Source: the human T2T-CHM13v2.0 reference genome, Homo sapiens. Taken from it: a stretch of 64,000 nt of DNA. The notes below the pieces were generated by a model. The model was not told the DNA's origin. It worked only from the letters and a program-made list of their open reading frames with translations, and made no database searches. Of this stretch, positions 1-14,539 are shown piece by piece; positions within the stretch are counted from its first letter, which is position 1; every line of letters starts with the position of its first letter. The translations under genes and the position numbers were made by a program. The stretch is taken from the NCBI RefSeq assembly GCF_009914755.1, contig NC_060925.1; one strand, 5' to 3'.

Positions 1-403
<403 letters not shown>

Positions 404-1061
404 GTCTGAAAATTTACCTAATGACTGACAACTGGGCCAGTATTTTGTACATTCTAAAGAAGCTCCAGGGTTGGGGAGTGATTTCTAGTTGGTGGAGTAC
501 TTTGAGATCTTTGGATTAAAGGCGTCTCAGACACTCAGGATACCAACAGTCAATGCCCTTCACCCTTCACTGACTACCCATATGGTAGCCTAATAAATAT
601 GTGGTAAATGGATACCCTTCAGCAACTGAAGAGTTTAACAGTCTAAAAATACCAGCAACAGCATGAAGGGAATACAGCTTCCTCCCTGGAGTGAAAGCTA
701 TTATTGCAGTGAGAGAATCCTCATATGGAACAATCCATCCAGCTGTAGGAATTCCTTGAAGGAATGTTGATGCCAGCTTCATAGAATGTGCTTGAGTTCA
801 ATGAGACTTTCTGTGTATTATGAATAATGGGCTCAATTTTCCTATTGGATGTTAAGCACTAATACATATCCGAGTAAATATCTGGGGAGGTGTCTTCATT
901 TAGTTTTCTTTGAAAGCATTTTTATCTTGCAGCAAAAGCTTAGTATCCACATGAAAAAAAAAAAAAAGCCAATTCTGATCTATGAGAACCTGACTTCCTT
1001 AGTTTACTAAAAAAATACGAAAATAATGTTTAACCACTTGCCACCCACGACTGTGCACTTA

Positions 1062-1386
1062 TTTTTATTTTCATTTATTTATTTCATTTTTTATTTTTTG
1101 AGACACAGTCTCACTGTCACTCAGGCTGGAGTGCAGTGGTGTGATCATGGCTCACTGAAACCTCGACCTCCTTAGGCTCAAGCGATCCTCCCACCTCAGC
1201 CTCCCAAGAAGTAGGATTACAGGCACTCACCACCATGCCTGGTTAATTTTTTCATTTTTTATCGCTTGTAGAGATGCGATCTCACTGTGTTGCTCCAGCT
1301 GGTCTCGAACTCCTGAGCTCAAGTGATTCTCCTGTGTCAGCCTTTGAAACTGCTGGAATTACAGGTGTGAGCCACTGCACCCAGCC
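1062..1386 (-). mobile_element. AluJ
   Basis: Reverse-complement Alu with T-rich tail. Confidence 0.9.
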
Positions 1387-1794
1387 CTATATATTTGTAT
1401 AACCACCATTTTGCGTGTGGATTTGCTTTGTTTCTAATGGGAAGATAATCTGGTCTGATGAGAGGAAGCCATACAATATTCTACCAGCAGACCCCAGTGC
1501 TCCACTGATTGGGATAATGCTGCTGGGGACTAAAAACCTAGTCTTTGAAGAGGGAATATGTAATGGGGTCCTACAGCTTTTCAGTGACTCCAATTGCTGA
1601 CTTGAAAAATTGTAGCCAACCCACATCTTAAAAAAACAAAGAAGCTTTAAGGAGTGTATAAAGAGTGACGGGGAAATTGAATAAATACAACAGAATTCTA
1701 CTTTCCTTTTTGGATGAGAAAATGCTAAGTTATTTGGCTTAATACCTAGCTGCAATGAACCAATGTGACAGGAAGCACTGCTATTCCCATCAAG

Positions 1795-2050
1795 CCAGAG
1801 GCCAAATACCAACTGCCCACTGGAGCCAGGAGGACATGCAGATGAGAAGAGCCAGACATAACGCAAGGGGGAGTGGTGGGGACTGGGACAAATTGGACAG
1901 CCCAGCCCCATCTGAAGGGCAAGGGCTCCTCAGATCCACTGTTACCAGATCTTCAGATGTTTCAAGAAAAGACAGAAGACTGAATTATCATGCAGAACCT
2001 CCCAGGGTTGAAATGTTAGCAACTAGAATTCACTGTGTGAGGCAATCAAA
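1795..2050 (+). mobile_element. MER102-like hAT-Charlie fragment
   Basis: GGGAGTGGTGGGGACTG...TGTTACCAGATCTTCAGATGTTTCAAGA resembles the recalled MER102 consensus. Confidence 0.55.
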
Positions 2051-2061
2051 AAATGGCAACA

Positions 2062-2375
<314 letters not shown>

Positions 2376-2473
2376 CTATTAGTGGAATATGGCCCATGAG
2401 CCACCAATATGAAGCAGTAGTGGAAAGGCAGGAAAGGAAATAGGATCCTCTTTTGCTTTTCTTCCACTCCTCA

Positions 2474-2848
<375 letters not shown>

Positions 2849-2960
2849 CGAAGGAACTTCAAGGGTAATCTTACATGATGGTGAAAATATAACTCAACGA
2901 GGGTCAATTCAATGTTATTAAACAGACTAGCAAAATTTATTGGGCATCAGAACCAAGTTT

Positions 2961-3260
2961 CTTTCTTTTTTTTGTGAGACAGGGTCTTGCTCTGTTGCCC
3001 ACGTTAGAGTGTAGTGGCGTGATCATAGCTCACTGCAGCCTCAACCTCCTGTGCTCAAGTGATTCTCCCATCTCAGCCTCCTGAATAGCTGGGAATACAG
3101 GTGTGCGCCACCAAGCCCGACTAATTTTTAAAAAAATGTTTTGTAGAGACAGGGTCTTGCTATGTTTCTCAGGCTGGTCTCGAACTCCTGGCCTCATGTG
3201 ATCCTCCCAGCCTGGCTCCCCAGAGTGTTAGGATTACAGGTGTGAGCCACTTTGCCTGGG
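2961..3260 (-). mobile_element. AluJ
   Basis: Reverse-complement Alu. Confidence 0.9.
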
Positions 3261-4058
3261 TCAGAACAAAGTTTCTTTAATGATACCTATATATCCCTGT
3301 AGCAACTTAAGGGTTTCACAACTAATCTTCATATTCATTTTTCAGATAGTAACATGGAAGCACTAGTAGCCCAATGACTTGCCCAAGACTCTACTGCTAG
3401 TCAGTGGCAGTGTGAAAGCAAACAAATTGTCTGGATTTTAGTGACTGCTCTCCCACAGCATGGCTGCCCAGGGCGACACATTTGCTATATATTTTGTTTC
3501 ACTCATCACATTTGACAAAGCTTGAATATTATAATACATGAGAATTGAAAGGGTCATTACAGGCAATGCAACCCCAGCAACTCTGCTTCCATTTTGCTCA
3601 CGTGCATAACATACTCCCATCTGAAATATTTCCTCACAGCAATTATTCAGAACTGAGGTGGAGAGAGAGGCACAGAACTGTGGAGGGTGGAAGGGAGTGT
3701 ATATGGAGACAGAACTGCACCCTTGAAGAAATCGTCTCCCATCAACCCCCTGCTCCGCTTGCTCCCGCCCCACACCTGGGTTAAAAATTACTGGTTCGGT
3801 CCATCCCTCTTCCGTTTTACTTGACAGGTTAGGGAACGAAGGACAAGTCAGATGAGTGGCTGGCCCAAGTTCAGAGTTACAAAGTGGCAAAGCCAAGTCC
3901 AAAACTCAACCTCTAAAACAAAAATACAGGGCAAGGAAGGGGGCTCTAATGGTTTCAAATATTCCCAAAGACAATATTACAGATTGCAGGGTTTTGGGGA
4001 GATGTTCTGTAACTGTTTAATGACTTTTCTGGAACACCAGACGCACAGTTTCTCTTAC

Positions 4059-4132
4059 CTCCCATCCTTCCATTTCCAGTCCTCTCTTCCCATATATATC
4101 ATAGATGGCCCTGGTTTGGGGGTCACTAAGCA
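4059..4132 (-). CDS. DNAJC11: DNAJC11 coding exon 3 ([V][24 protein letters not shown]), end of the J-domain
   Basis: Acceptor ATTTGCAG|TG and donor GAG|GTAAGA. 74 nt restores phase 0 (72+130+74=276 nt). LSDP..R..YD.YG is the J-domain helix IV signature. Confidence 0.97.
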
Positions 4133-4317
4133 CTGCAAATTAAAAATTAAACATGTTTATAAAATACAAAATTCACCTTCAGTCCTTCCTGAGAATACTG
4201 ACATCATTAGGTAAGCCCATCTCCTGTTCTCCCTGTCTGATCACAATCTTCCTAGAGACCCCTTTCATTTTCTACACATCTTTCCTCCCAACTGCTTTTT
4301 CGATTCAACCTAGGATT

Positions 4318-4612
4318 TGTTTATTGACTTATTGACTGACAGGGTCCTTCTCTGTTGTCCTGGCTGGAGTGCAATGGTAAGATCATAGCTCACTGCAGCC
4401 TTGAATTCCTGGGCTTAACTAATCCTCCTGCTCTAGCTTCCCAAGCAGCTGGGATTACAGGTGTGTGCCACCATGCCCAGCTAATTTATTTTTTGTAGAG
4501 ATGGGGTCTCACTATGTTGCCTAGGCTGATCTCGAATTCCTGGCCTTAAATGATTCTCTTGCCTTGGCCTTGCAAAGTGTTGGGATTACAGGTGTGAGCC
4601 ACTGCACCCAGC
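4318..4612 (-). mobile_element. AluJ in DNAJC11 intron 2
   Basis: Reverse-complement Alu. Confidence 0.88.
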
Positions 4613-5846
4613 TAATGTAGGATATGTTTAAAGGCGGCTACAAATGAGAAAAGTCAGATTTTCCAGTGTCCAAGTTACTCTTGATTGGAAGGTACAGCTA
4701 CAAGGTGTACAAGGTGCACCATGCAGGAAGTGGCACGGGCTCCTGCATTGGGAAAGGACATGAACGTTGTTTTTAAGATAATTTGGTAAATTTCTGCCAC
4801 GGTGTATAAAAGTACACTGACTTGAAAGAGTGGGTTCCAGTTTCTAAAGAAGCTTGCTATAAAAGTAGAAACAGGCTCAGATACTAGAAAAAGCTGATTT
4901 GTTATTTACTCTATAGAGTTCTGTTAACTCCAAAGACAGGCTACATTTCTTTTGTGCACTTCTCCTCTCTATTTGTAAATAATTTTAAAAGACAAAAACA
5001 TCTCTTATCATGTTGTTGGCCACATCACCCAAAATACATCAGAAAAGGATTTCTCAGCTAACGGTGAGGGCTGTTCAAACGATATCCCAACTGAACGATA
5101 TCCCAACTGAACTCAAATGTCAGCAAGGCCAATGGTTGTTCTCTTCCCCCTCTGCTTCACCAATTTCTGCCAAGACCTTTGGGTCTCTTCTCCCCTGACA
5201 GTTCCCATATATTTGTAGGCCTAATTTAAAAACCACATAAATGATACTATGCATAATCAAATCTAACGGGAAAGGAAGAAATGCTGGCCCCTGGAAAACA
5301 CAGGAGCCAAACTTGTGTTCCTCTCCAGCATTTAATAAGGAATTATTCATTCACTATTTTACCTGAGTCTCCCTTTAAGCTAAACATGAGGCCAGGTCTG
5401 CTGTTGTGGCACTTTCACTAGCACTGGTAGGGTTTTTCTTTAACTCTTCCCCAGGTCTCCAACACAATACAAGCAAACTATGTGGCTAATTTAGACAACA
5501 GTAAAATTAATGCACCCATTTAGATAACAGAATACAATAAAAAGAACAGGCTACTCTTCACAACCGCCATGCAAATGATCTGAATACAGTTAAATTTGGT
5601 AATGACACTACACCGACTGTACACATTTATCACACACTGCAGCCTGATTTTCACTGGCCATTAAAATCTAACTTTTTGGTAAAACTATAAAGTGAAAAAC
5701 ACTACAAGCTATTATGTATACAGTGAGATGACTTTATGATTTTATAAAGAAACATATTATCTAATTTTTGGTCTAAGGAGCAAATCACCAGATGGTTCTG
5801 GAACAAATAACTTATTGTAGTTGATGTATATAACAGTGATTTAACA

Positions 5847-6005
5847 TTTTTTTTAATTTAAATTTTAAAAATGGTGGTAAAATATACATATAATATTTAC
5901 CATTTTAACCATTTTAAAGTATACAATTCAATAGCATGAAGTACATTTACAATGTTGTGTAACCATCATCACTCTCTATTTCCAGAACTTTTTGCCATCC
6001 CAGAC
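5847..6005 (-). mobile_element. L1M 3' end fragment
   Basis: TTTACCATTTTAACCATTTTAAAGTATACAATTCA...TTGTGTAACCATCATCAC is typical of an antisense L1MB/MC 3'UTR. Confidence 0.7.
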
Positions 6006-6572
6006 AGAAGCTCTGTATCTGGTAGTGACTTTAATATTTTATAAACAAATATATCACAGAATGTTCTTTCTGACATACATAAGACATAAGTATAAAAATG
6101 TGAATCACTTGGTTCTATTTCCTATAAGCCTTCTTAACATCATTTTCTTTCTTTTATTACAACCGATAACTGCTTCAGAACCAATAAAATCACTTTTGGA
6201 TGAAAAAATGTCCTTGTATCTTCTAACAAAAAAGAGAACAAAGAAACCTTCCCTGTAACGATCAGCCTTTTACCTATAAGAGTTCCCTTTAGAAGAAAAC
6301 TGGTAAACGATTTAAAACTTGAGTATTCCCTTGCAATTGAGACTCTGTCTATTACCTCGCCCGGTCTCTCATTTTCTACTTACTGGACACGTATTGATTT
6401 CCAAAGCAAAATACTATTCTTTCAAAGGACCCTGTCAGTGAAAAGTACTAAACTAACCACCTGTTTTATATACCTCTAAGGACTCTCTTTTTCTATCCTC
6501 TACAAATCGCACCTCCTAAAAATCGAATATCTGTTACCAGGATGTTTCTACAAAGTCCGGCCCTCCACTGAC

Positions 6573-6702
6573 CTTCATAAGCCTGGTGAACAAGGTTAAA
6601 CAGTCGTTCCGCCTGTGACTTGAGCTCTGGGTCTCTGTGCTTGTCTGGATGGTAGAGCATACAGAGCCTCCGGTAGGCAGCTTTCAGCTCTTCAGAAGAG
6701 GC
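6573..6702 (-). CDS. DNAJC11: DNAJC11 coding exon 2 ([43 protein letters not shown]), contains the J-domain HPD motif
   Basis: Acceptor TTTCTTTCTTTAG|GCC and donor GAAG|GTCAGT. 130 nt, in frame with exon 1. Confidence 0.97.
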
Positions 6703-8310
6703 CTAAAGAAAGAAAAATTCAATTAGAGAACAATCAATGCTACTTAAACATTATCATCATCAGAATCAGCCTTGAAATGGGAACCCATCAGCCACGTCCC
6801 AATGTGTTTGCTCTCGACATACAGGATGTAATGAAGTTCGGTTTATCACCTCAACAAGGCTTCTTTTTGCCAGTTAATAAAGTGATCAATTACATACATC
6901 AATAGGGACTGGGTTTTGCTGGGAAGTGCTGCTATCCAATGAATGAACGTTTGGGTCTCTGGAATGGCTCAGTGTGCTCTGAGCTGAAACAAAAATGTCA
7001 CAGAGACGTGCTAACTCTTTAACTTATTTGAAGTAAATCATGCCAAGGCACTCTAAACAGAACAGGTTCAGGCAAAGAAAAGCTATATACCATTAGACAG
7101 AAATGACATCAATTTAATGACATAACGAACATGAATCCTTGAAATTCAAAGACAAACTTGTAAGGCCCACGTGCACTCGAATGCAACCTCTAATTCCAGA
7201 AGGCAGCACATTCAGTGGCAGAAATGCTTCCCTAACCTGTAGTAACCAACCCTCCCCAAAACCCCCAGACCCCCTAAAAACCAAAAGGCATCAACTCTCC
7301 AATTCTCCTACGCAGGACATCTGAAGGTGTGGCACAAGGCAGACGGGCTCTGGTGTGCTTTAACCACAGTGGGGGGGGCGGGTGCCAATGAGGCAAACCC
7401 ACATTCACTGTGGCCTGCCTCACAGCCACCAAGAGGGTCTCTAGACAGGGCCCCTCAGAGGCCTTGGGACACTGAGCGGGCTATGTGGCTGGCCCCGCAG
7501 GTCTGCTTTTGGGAAGTGTTATGTTTGATTCTAGAGGCTATTTTGGCCTATCAGGGGTGGTACTGGATGGGCAGTTCTACCCTTTGGTATATCAGTTAAA
7601 GAACATTTGATTTGAGGACGTATCCCCACCATTTTGACAACTGAAGCACATTTCTGGGTCACTGACATGCTAGAGGGGCCCCAAAAATCTGCCAACTGAA
7701 CAGAAGAATAGGCCCAGGTCCCAGGAGGCGATGTGAGGATTGACAGTCCTCTAGGATGAGGGCCTGGAACACAGATCCTCAAAGAAAGAGGTCACAGAGA
7801 CATAAGTTAGTCCTGGGACCATAATTACAAAAAAAAAAAAAAAAAAAAGATGACTGTATTCTCTGTTACTTCCACAATTTTTCAACATCTTTCAGTCCCA
7901 GGACTAATGAGCTTCTTCACCAGCAAAAAAAATACAATTTTACTGTACTTTAGTAATAATTTTTGGCCCAGAATCTAAATATTTTCTACAGGATTAAGTT
8001 ATTCAGATGCTAGAAAGCCAGGGTATTTGTGCGAGTTTATCAGGGGTTCTAAACAAGGAATTCTGAAGGACTCCAAGAGGAAGACAATAAACGTGACTGG
8101 AAAGACGTGCAGAGGACATTGGCCCATCGGTCCCACATGCCTGAGGGGGCAGCGGTGCTGGGGCCCGGGTTCTGCTCCCTCAAGCCCATCTCCTCAGCCC
8201 TAGACCAGGCTCAGGCCAGCTTCATCTGAGGAGTAGGTGATGGCGTGGGTGACCTCCAGGAGCCTTCTGGCTCTAACTTTACTCGATTCTGCTATTCAGA
8301 AAAGAAACAA

Positions 8311-8587
8311 GGCTGGACGCAATGGTTGACACGTGTAGACCTAGCACTTTGGGAGGCAGAGGTGGGCAGATTGCTTGAGCCCACAGGTTCAAGACTAGAC
8401 TGGGTAACATGGCGAAACCCCATATCTACCCAAAATACAAAAATTACCTGGGCGTGGAGGCGCTTGCCTGTGGTCCTACCTGGAAGGCTGAGGTGGGAGG
8501 ATCACCTAAGCCTGGGGAGGCTGAGGTTGCAGTGAGCTATGACTGCACCACTGCACTCCAGCCTGGGTGACAGAGGGGGAAAAAAAA
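8311..8587 (+). mobile_element. AluJ
   Basis: Alu consensus. Confidence 0.88.
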
Positions 8588-8929
8588 CTAGCTAGACCCA
8601 AGCCATTCAGCTTGCCCTTTAAAGCAGGCCACAGAGAGCTTCCCGCTGGTTTGGAGAGAGGCAACTCTGCTGCATGCCATTTTAAAGTAGGAGCTCCTTG
8701 AAGGTTCCATGAACTACTCTGTCAGAATAGGGTCAAGGATCTTGCTGAATGAGCAGCTCCTGGCCTCTGAGAATTGGTGAGACCCCACTCCGCGGCAAAT
8801 CTCTTTCTCCCATCTTCCCTTTGGTGCAGACTTCAGGGACGGCACTGCCAAACAGGGGCTGGCTGCCTGTCTTCCAGCCATGCTCATGTGGTTCGCTCTG
8901 GGGCAACACAGCCTTCCATTCTGCTAGTA

Positions 8930-9305
8930 GAGAATGCAGGTGTGGCAGTCAACGGCCCATGTTTGGATGCAGGATCTGTCACTTCCAAGCTTTGTGACCA
9001 TGGCAAGTGAGATTTCTGGCATTTAGTCTTCTCCTCCATAAAAGGGGATGACAACCCTTGCAAGGACAGTGTGAGAATGAAACCAGACAGAGACTATGAA
9101 GTGCTTCACACAGTGCCCAACACACAGCAAAAACTTAGGAATTATAGCTCCTTTAAGCCCCTTTCTGTTTCATCACCTGCAAACTGTGGACAATAGTGCT
9201 TCTTTCTGAGTCTTTGTGAGGCGTAATTGAGATAATACAAGCATGAGTGCCTAACAATGTCCAGCTCATACTAGGACCATAACCACTTTTGTTATTACCA
9301 TCATC
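8930..9305 (+). mobile_element. MIR fragments
   Basis: MIR core-like TGTGACCATGGCAAGTGA...GTGCTTCACACAGTGCC. Confidence 0.6.
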
Positions 9306-9698
9306 ACAATTCAGTTGTGGTATCTTTTTGGCAACAGGAGTACTGAAACTGGAACAATTCAGAGGGCACCGCCCTGGTGCATGGATAACGGAAACATTCA
9401 TTCATGAAGCAGTCCTGCTTGTGAAAATTCATTGTGCTGTATACTCAGGAGATGACCACTTTTCTGCATGTATATTCTATTTCTATAAAAATACAAGGTT
9501 CTCTAGAAGAGGTGGGCCTCCATATTTCCATCTCTGCATTTTCTCCTTTTTCTTCTTGCTGTAGTGTTTTGTTTTCCTCCCAACTTTAAATGCATTTCTT
9601 GCTACACTTATCAATATACCACCTATACCAAACCCTGGTGTTTCAAACATAAATCATGGGAAAATAATCTTTTCCAGGTAGGTTTACTTATGTGATGA

Positions 9699-10095
<397 letters not shown>

Positions 10096-10650
10096 TAAAG
10101 TTACAAGTACTGGATTAGACAGATTGACTGACTCTCAGTTAGACTGCTATTTCCTGGTTATTAAAATTAAACTAGATGACAAGAGAGTAGAATATCTACT
10201 CTGCAAGACATTCTTTAATCTTATTAATAAATGGCTTAATATGCTATTAAGTAATGTAAATAAGATGTTTCATTTTTAATAAATATCACATTCAATAAAA
10301 GGTTAGATTGGTCCTTTCATTAAAACTGAATAGCTAAGGTCACTGGTTCGATATTTCATAAATGAGAACCTCTTTCACTCTTACAGAAATACTGTTATTT
10401 CAAAATGCAATGAGATTATCATTAAGAATGACACCTAAAGGTACATTCTTATCCTAAAATTCTGTAACAAAAATTAAGAAATGTATCATACTTTAAGTCT
10501 ATAATCTTTCATCATCTCAATCACCTGGTTATATTTTCTGGATAGACTATATGTTAGGCCCCAAATTAAGTCCCAATAGACTTTAAAGACTGACATCATA
10601 CAAAATATCTTCTCCTACCACAAGAGGATGAAGTCAGAAGTCAATAACAG

Positions 10651-10830
10651 GGCTGGGTGCAATGGCTCACACCAGTACAGTAATCCCAGCACTTTGGTAT
10701 CCCAAGGTGGGAGGATCGCTTGAGGCCAGGAGTTCAAGACCAGTTTGAGCAACATAGCGAGATCCTGACTCTACAAAAAAATTTAAAAAAATTATCCAGG
10801 TGTACTTCCAGCACCTCAGGAGGCTAAGGC
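10651..10830 (+). mobile_element. Partial Alu (left arm plus remnant)
   Basis: Alu consensus. Confidence 0.8.
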
Positions 10831-11073
10831 AAAATAAGCTAAAACATGTCTGGATAATATGTCTGTACCACGATTGCATTTGGTTAGGCTAGGCTAGATC
10901 AGTGGTTCTCAAAGTGTGGTCTGGGGCATCCCAGGAATCTCTGAGACCCCTTCAGGGATCCACAAAGTCAAAACTATTTTTCTAATAACACGAAGCTGTT
11001 ATTTGCCTTTTTCACTCTCATCCTTTCTTCAGTGTACAGTGGAATCTTAAGGTTACAGGATGTGTGATGATCT

Positions 11074-11491
11074 TGGGAACAAACGTGAGCCTAAAAGAGG
11101 CAATCCTTCAAGATGGATCCTGACATACCTAAATTTAAAATAGTCAGGTGGCCTTTTGCTGACTAGAGGTCGCACAGAGTTTTCCAAAATCCACATCTTT
11201 TTATCTTTGGAGCTCACCCACCTCAATCAATCCGAGCTCCTCTGCCCCAGCCAATCAGGACTCACCTGTATCAACCAATCAGAACTAAGCAAGTTTCTAT
11301 CCTTCATTTACATAAATGGACCTGACTGGGAACCCAGGCAGGAACTTTGGCTATAAAACCTGAGTTTTCCTTTTGTTCTCTGGAACCCACCTTTGTTTTA
11401 TACTGGAGGCTGGGTTTCCCCGGTTTGCAAAGTATTCATTGGAGTAAAATCTCTTTTTTCCAAATTATCTTTCAGAGAACTTTTAGTTACA
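11074..11491 (+). mobile_element. Solo ERV LTR (LTR47-like) inside the Charlie element
   Basis: TG...CA ends, repeated (C)CAATC boxes, TATAAAA, AGTAAA polyA-like signal. Charlie sequence resumes after it. Confidence 0.75.
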
Positions 11492-11855
11492 ATATCATTG
11501 TTCTGATGTTTAATGGAATGTGTGTACATGTCTTATGTTTTCTAGAAATTTCTAAGGTTGGTATAAATACAAGAGTTTAAATAAATACAAGAGTTTTGAG
11601 ATTAACTCAATTAGCTCTCAGTTCCTTGACTGTGCTATCGTTGGTTCTATTTGCGGTGATGTCTGTGTATCTATAACCTCATTATTGTCCAATACAGTCA
11701 TTTTAAATCCTTAAACGTTTTCCTTGTGCTTCTACTGAAATACATTTGTATTTGTGTCTTATTTTACAACAATATTTTAGCAATTACTCAGTTTTAATTT
11801 CTGACTAAATATCGATAGCTATAATTCACATAAACAAAAGCTCTTTGGGATCCTC

Positions 11856-12020
11856 AATAACTTAATAACTTAAGAATGTAAAGGATAACATTAAGAATGT
11901 AAAGGAATAACTTAAGAATAACTTAAGAATGTAATAACTTAAGAATGTAAAGGAATCCTAACACCAAATAACTTAAGAATGTAAGGAATAACTTAAGAAT
12001 GTAAAGGAATCCTAACACCA
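11856..12020. repeat. Irregular tandem array of AATAACTTAAGAATGTAAAGG-derived units
   Basis: About 8 units of unequal length, all beginning (A)ATAAC(A)TT. Confidence 0.95.
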
Positions 12021-12976
12021 AAAAGCTTGATAACTGCTGGGCTAGATGATACTGCAGTAACAAACAATCCAAAAATTTCAATGGCTTATTTCTCTCTCAC
12101 TTTACATGTCCATCTGAGGCCAGCTAGTACAGTTTGGCAATGTCTTCAGGTCCCAGGATGACACAGCAGTCATCCTGTGCCAATCACCAAGGCAGAGGGG
12201 ACAGCAGGCTCCCTGGCTCACACTGGCATTTCAATGCTTGGACCTAGAAGTGACACACCTCACTTCCACTGACATCACCAGCTAGAACTAGTCCCAAGGT
12301 CTCACTTGACCACAAGGACACTAACTAGCAAGTGCAGTCCTACCATGTGCTGGGCAAGCAAAGAACCAACCACATTGGGTGAACGGTACTTATACCTACC
12401 ATGATGATGATATTTAATTTGATACTTTGAAGACTGAATAGAGCATGCAAATAACAACTTAATAACACCTCATATTTATATTCACTTTGGGAATATTAAA
12501 GCCACCAGGTTTTTTGTTGCTTTAGCCTGTATTTTCAAACTCGAACTTCCAGGCGATGTATCTGTATTACTAAATTTCACCAATGAAGGCTCCACAAACT
12601 ATATTCTACTGGATTTTGGGAAGTTTGCCTGATTACCACAATTGAAGATTCATTACTGTCCATATGTTCCCCAATAATCTGATGGAAAGAAACTGCATCA
12701 GCTCATAAAAACCTGCAGTGTTTATTATGATAGTTGGTGCTTACGCACTTTAAAAGAAAAAGCAGATTTCAGAGCTAATTAACACCAAGACAGCATGGGT
12801 GCTTTGTGCTGAGTAAGAGCTGTTCTACGGAGAGAAAGGGTGTCACATATTATTTGGTGTCATTTAGTAGATACTGATTATACTAAGAGACCAAGCCACT
12901 TACTTATCAGGCATTAAAAAGCAACCACTTAACTGGACTTGGTAAAAAAAAAAAAATTCCCTATTTCATTTTGTAA

Positions 12977-13321
<345 letters not shown>

Positions 13322-14539
13322 ACAGTTCCTCTTATTCCCAGCTCCGCCATATCCTGATGGCATTTTTCCTGCTCAACGCCCCCCTTCTCTCATTTTCATT
13401 CACATGTAGAATATCTTTGGAAAGTCTGGAAATATGGGATTCATCGTCAAACAGAAATAAACCCCAATGATGTATTTGGAATCATACAACAACATCAAGC
13501 ACTGTGTAGACTGGAGTAACTCATTCTGTCTGACTGATCTCCACAGGAACAATGCAAGTAGAACAGGATTTAACGTGAGACTAACCTGTATCTACGGTAC
13601 AAATGCAGCTCCATTTAATTGACAAAAACAAAACAAAACAAAAAAATAACCAAATACCATACAAAAAAATATATCTGATCCATCTGAAACTTGTTTTCTT
13701 TTACAAATGTCATTAGTGGTGCTAGTGCAAAAGGTGATAAAGTAACCTTTTCCCACCACAATAAGAAACATAAGAGGAAGATAATCAATATCTGCCAGAT
13801 GAAAAGGACAAGCCCAGCGAAAGGGAAAAGCCATTGTTTCATCTTTTGGCATGCTCTTCAGTCCTGGACTGAGTCTCCATAAGCCCTGACTCACTCTGGA
13901 GCCTGAGGATAAAGGCATATGTTTGAATTTGCTTTCTTCCTCTTGTACCTGACTTAGATTTACCAAATTAACAACAAATAAATTCCTTCCAATAATAAGT
14001 TCCTCTAGAATTTGATTGCTAAAATTGCAATGTATTCCTCAAGAATACCAGTAGACAAGGTGAGTATGTCATTAGCAAATACTTATCCCTTCAATCAGTA
14101 AGTTTACTGAATGTCAACCGGCTTTAGAAACCACTAGGGGCACAAAAGAAATATAATATGGTCCGTAGCTCAAAGAAATTACACATAGATCCCTATCTAT
14201 TTCCTATTCCCCACCCCCCAAAAAAACTCCATGCAAACATTGATTTAACTGAACAATATAAAACAGGAATGCTAACATTAATGAGGCAGAAAGAAGTTCA
14301 CAGAAGTCAGAATGCAAAGAAAACTTCATGGAGGTGGTGAGACCCCAATGAGAACACAAAGGTGGACTCTGATCTGCTTTGGGTGTCCAAGATGGGCTGC
14401 AGCATTTCAGGGGAAAATAATAACAGGCCGGTGTTGGGGACAGAAACACAGAACACTGACCAAACCAGCAGGCGTAAAGGGGCATAAGAAGGCAGGAAGT
14501 AGGTAAGAAACTAATTTGGACACCCATCTGTCTGCTCAA

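Larger units (their letters stand above)
10900..12039 (+). mobile_element. hAT-Charlie non-autonomous DNA transposon, both ends present
   Basis: Starts CAGTGGTTCTCAAA and ends TTGATAACTGCTG (degenerate TIRs). Perfect 8-bp TSD GGCTAGAT at 10892-10899 and 12040-12047. Confidence 0.85.
10875..12403 (-). mobile_element. Old MaLR LTR (MLT1J/K/L-like), split by the Charlie insertion
   Basis: The flanks join to read TAGGCTAG..ATACTGCAGTAACAAACAATCC..., and the element ends ...GGTGAACGGTACTTATACCTACCA. Confidence 0.65.

Noticed and set aside
420-1911. Possible processed pseudogene or extra exon (ORFs 567-782, 1387-1911)
   Set aside because: No recognisable protein similarity, no convincing splice pair continuing the DNAJC11 frame, and part of it overlaps a MER102-like element.
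3438-3902. 154-aa minus-strand ORF just downstream of exon 3
   Set aside because: It is separated from exon 3 by a strong GTAAGA donor, has no domain similarity, and is intronic.
11856-12020. Repeat array superficially like CRISPR repeat-spacer structure
   Set aside because: No unique spacers, no cas genes, and a eukaryotic context. It is a local duplication of transposon end sequence.
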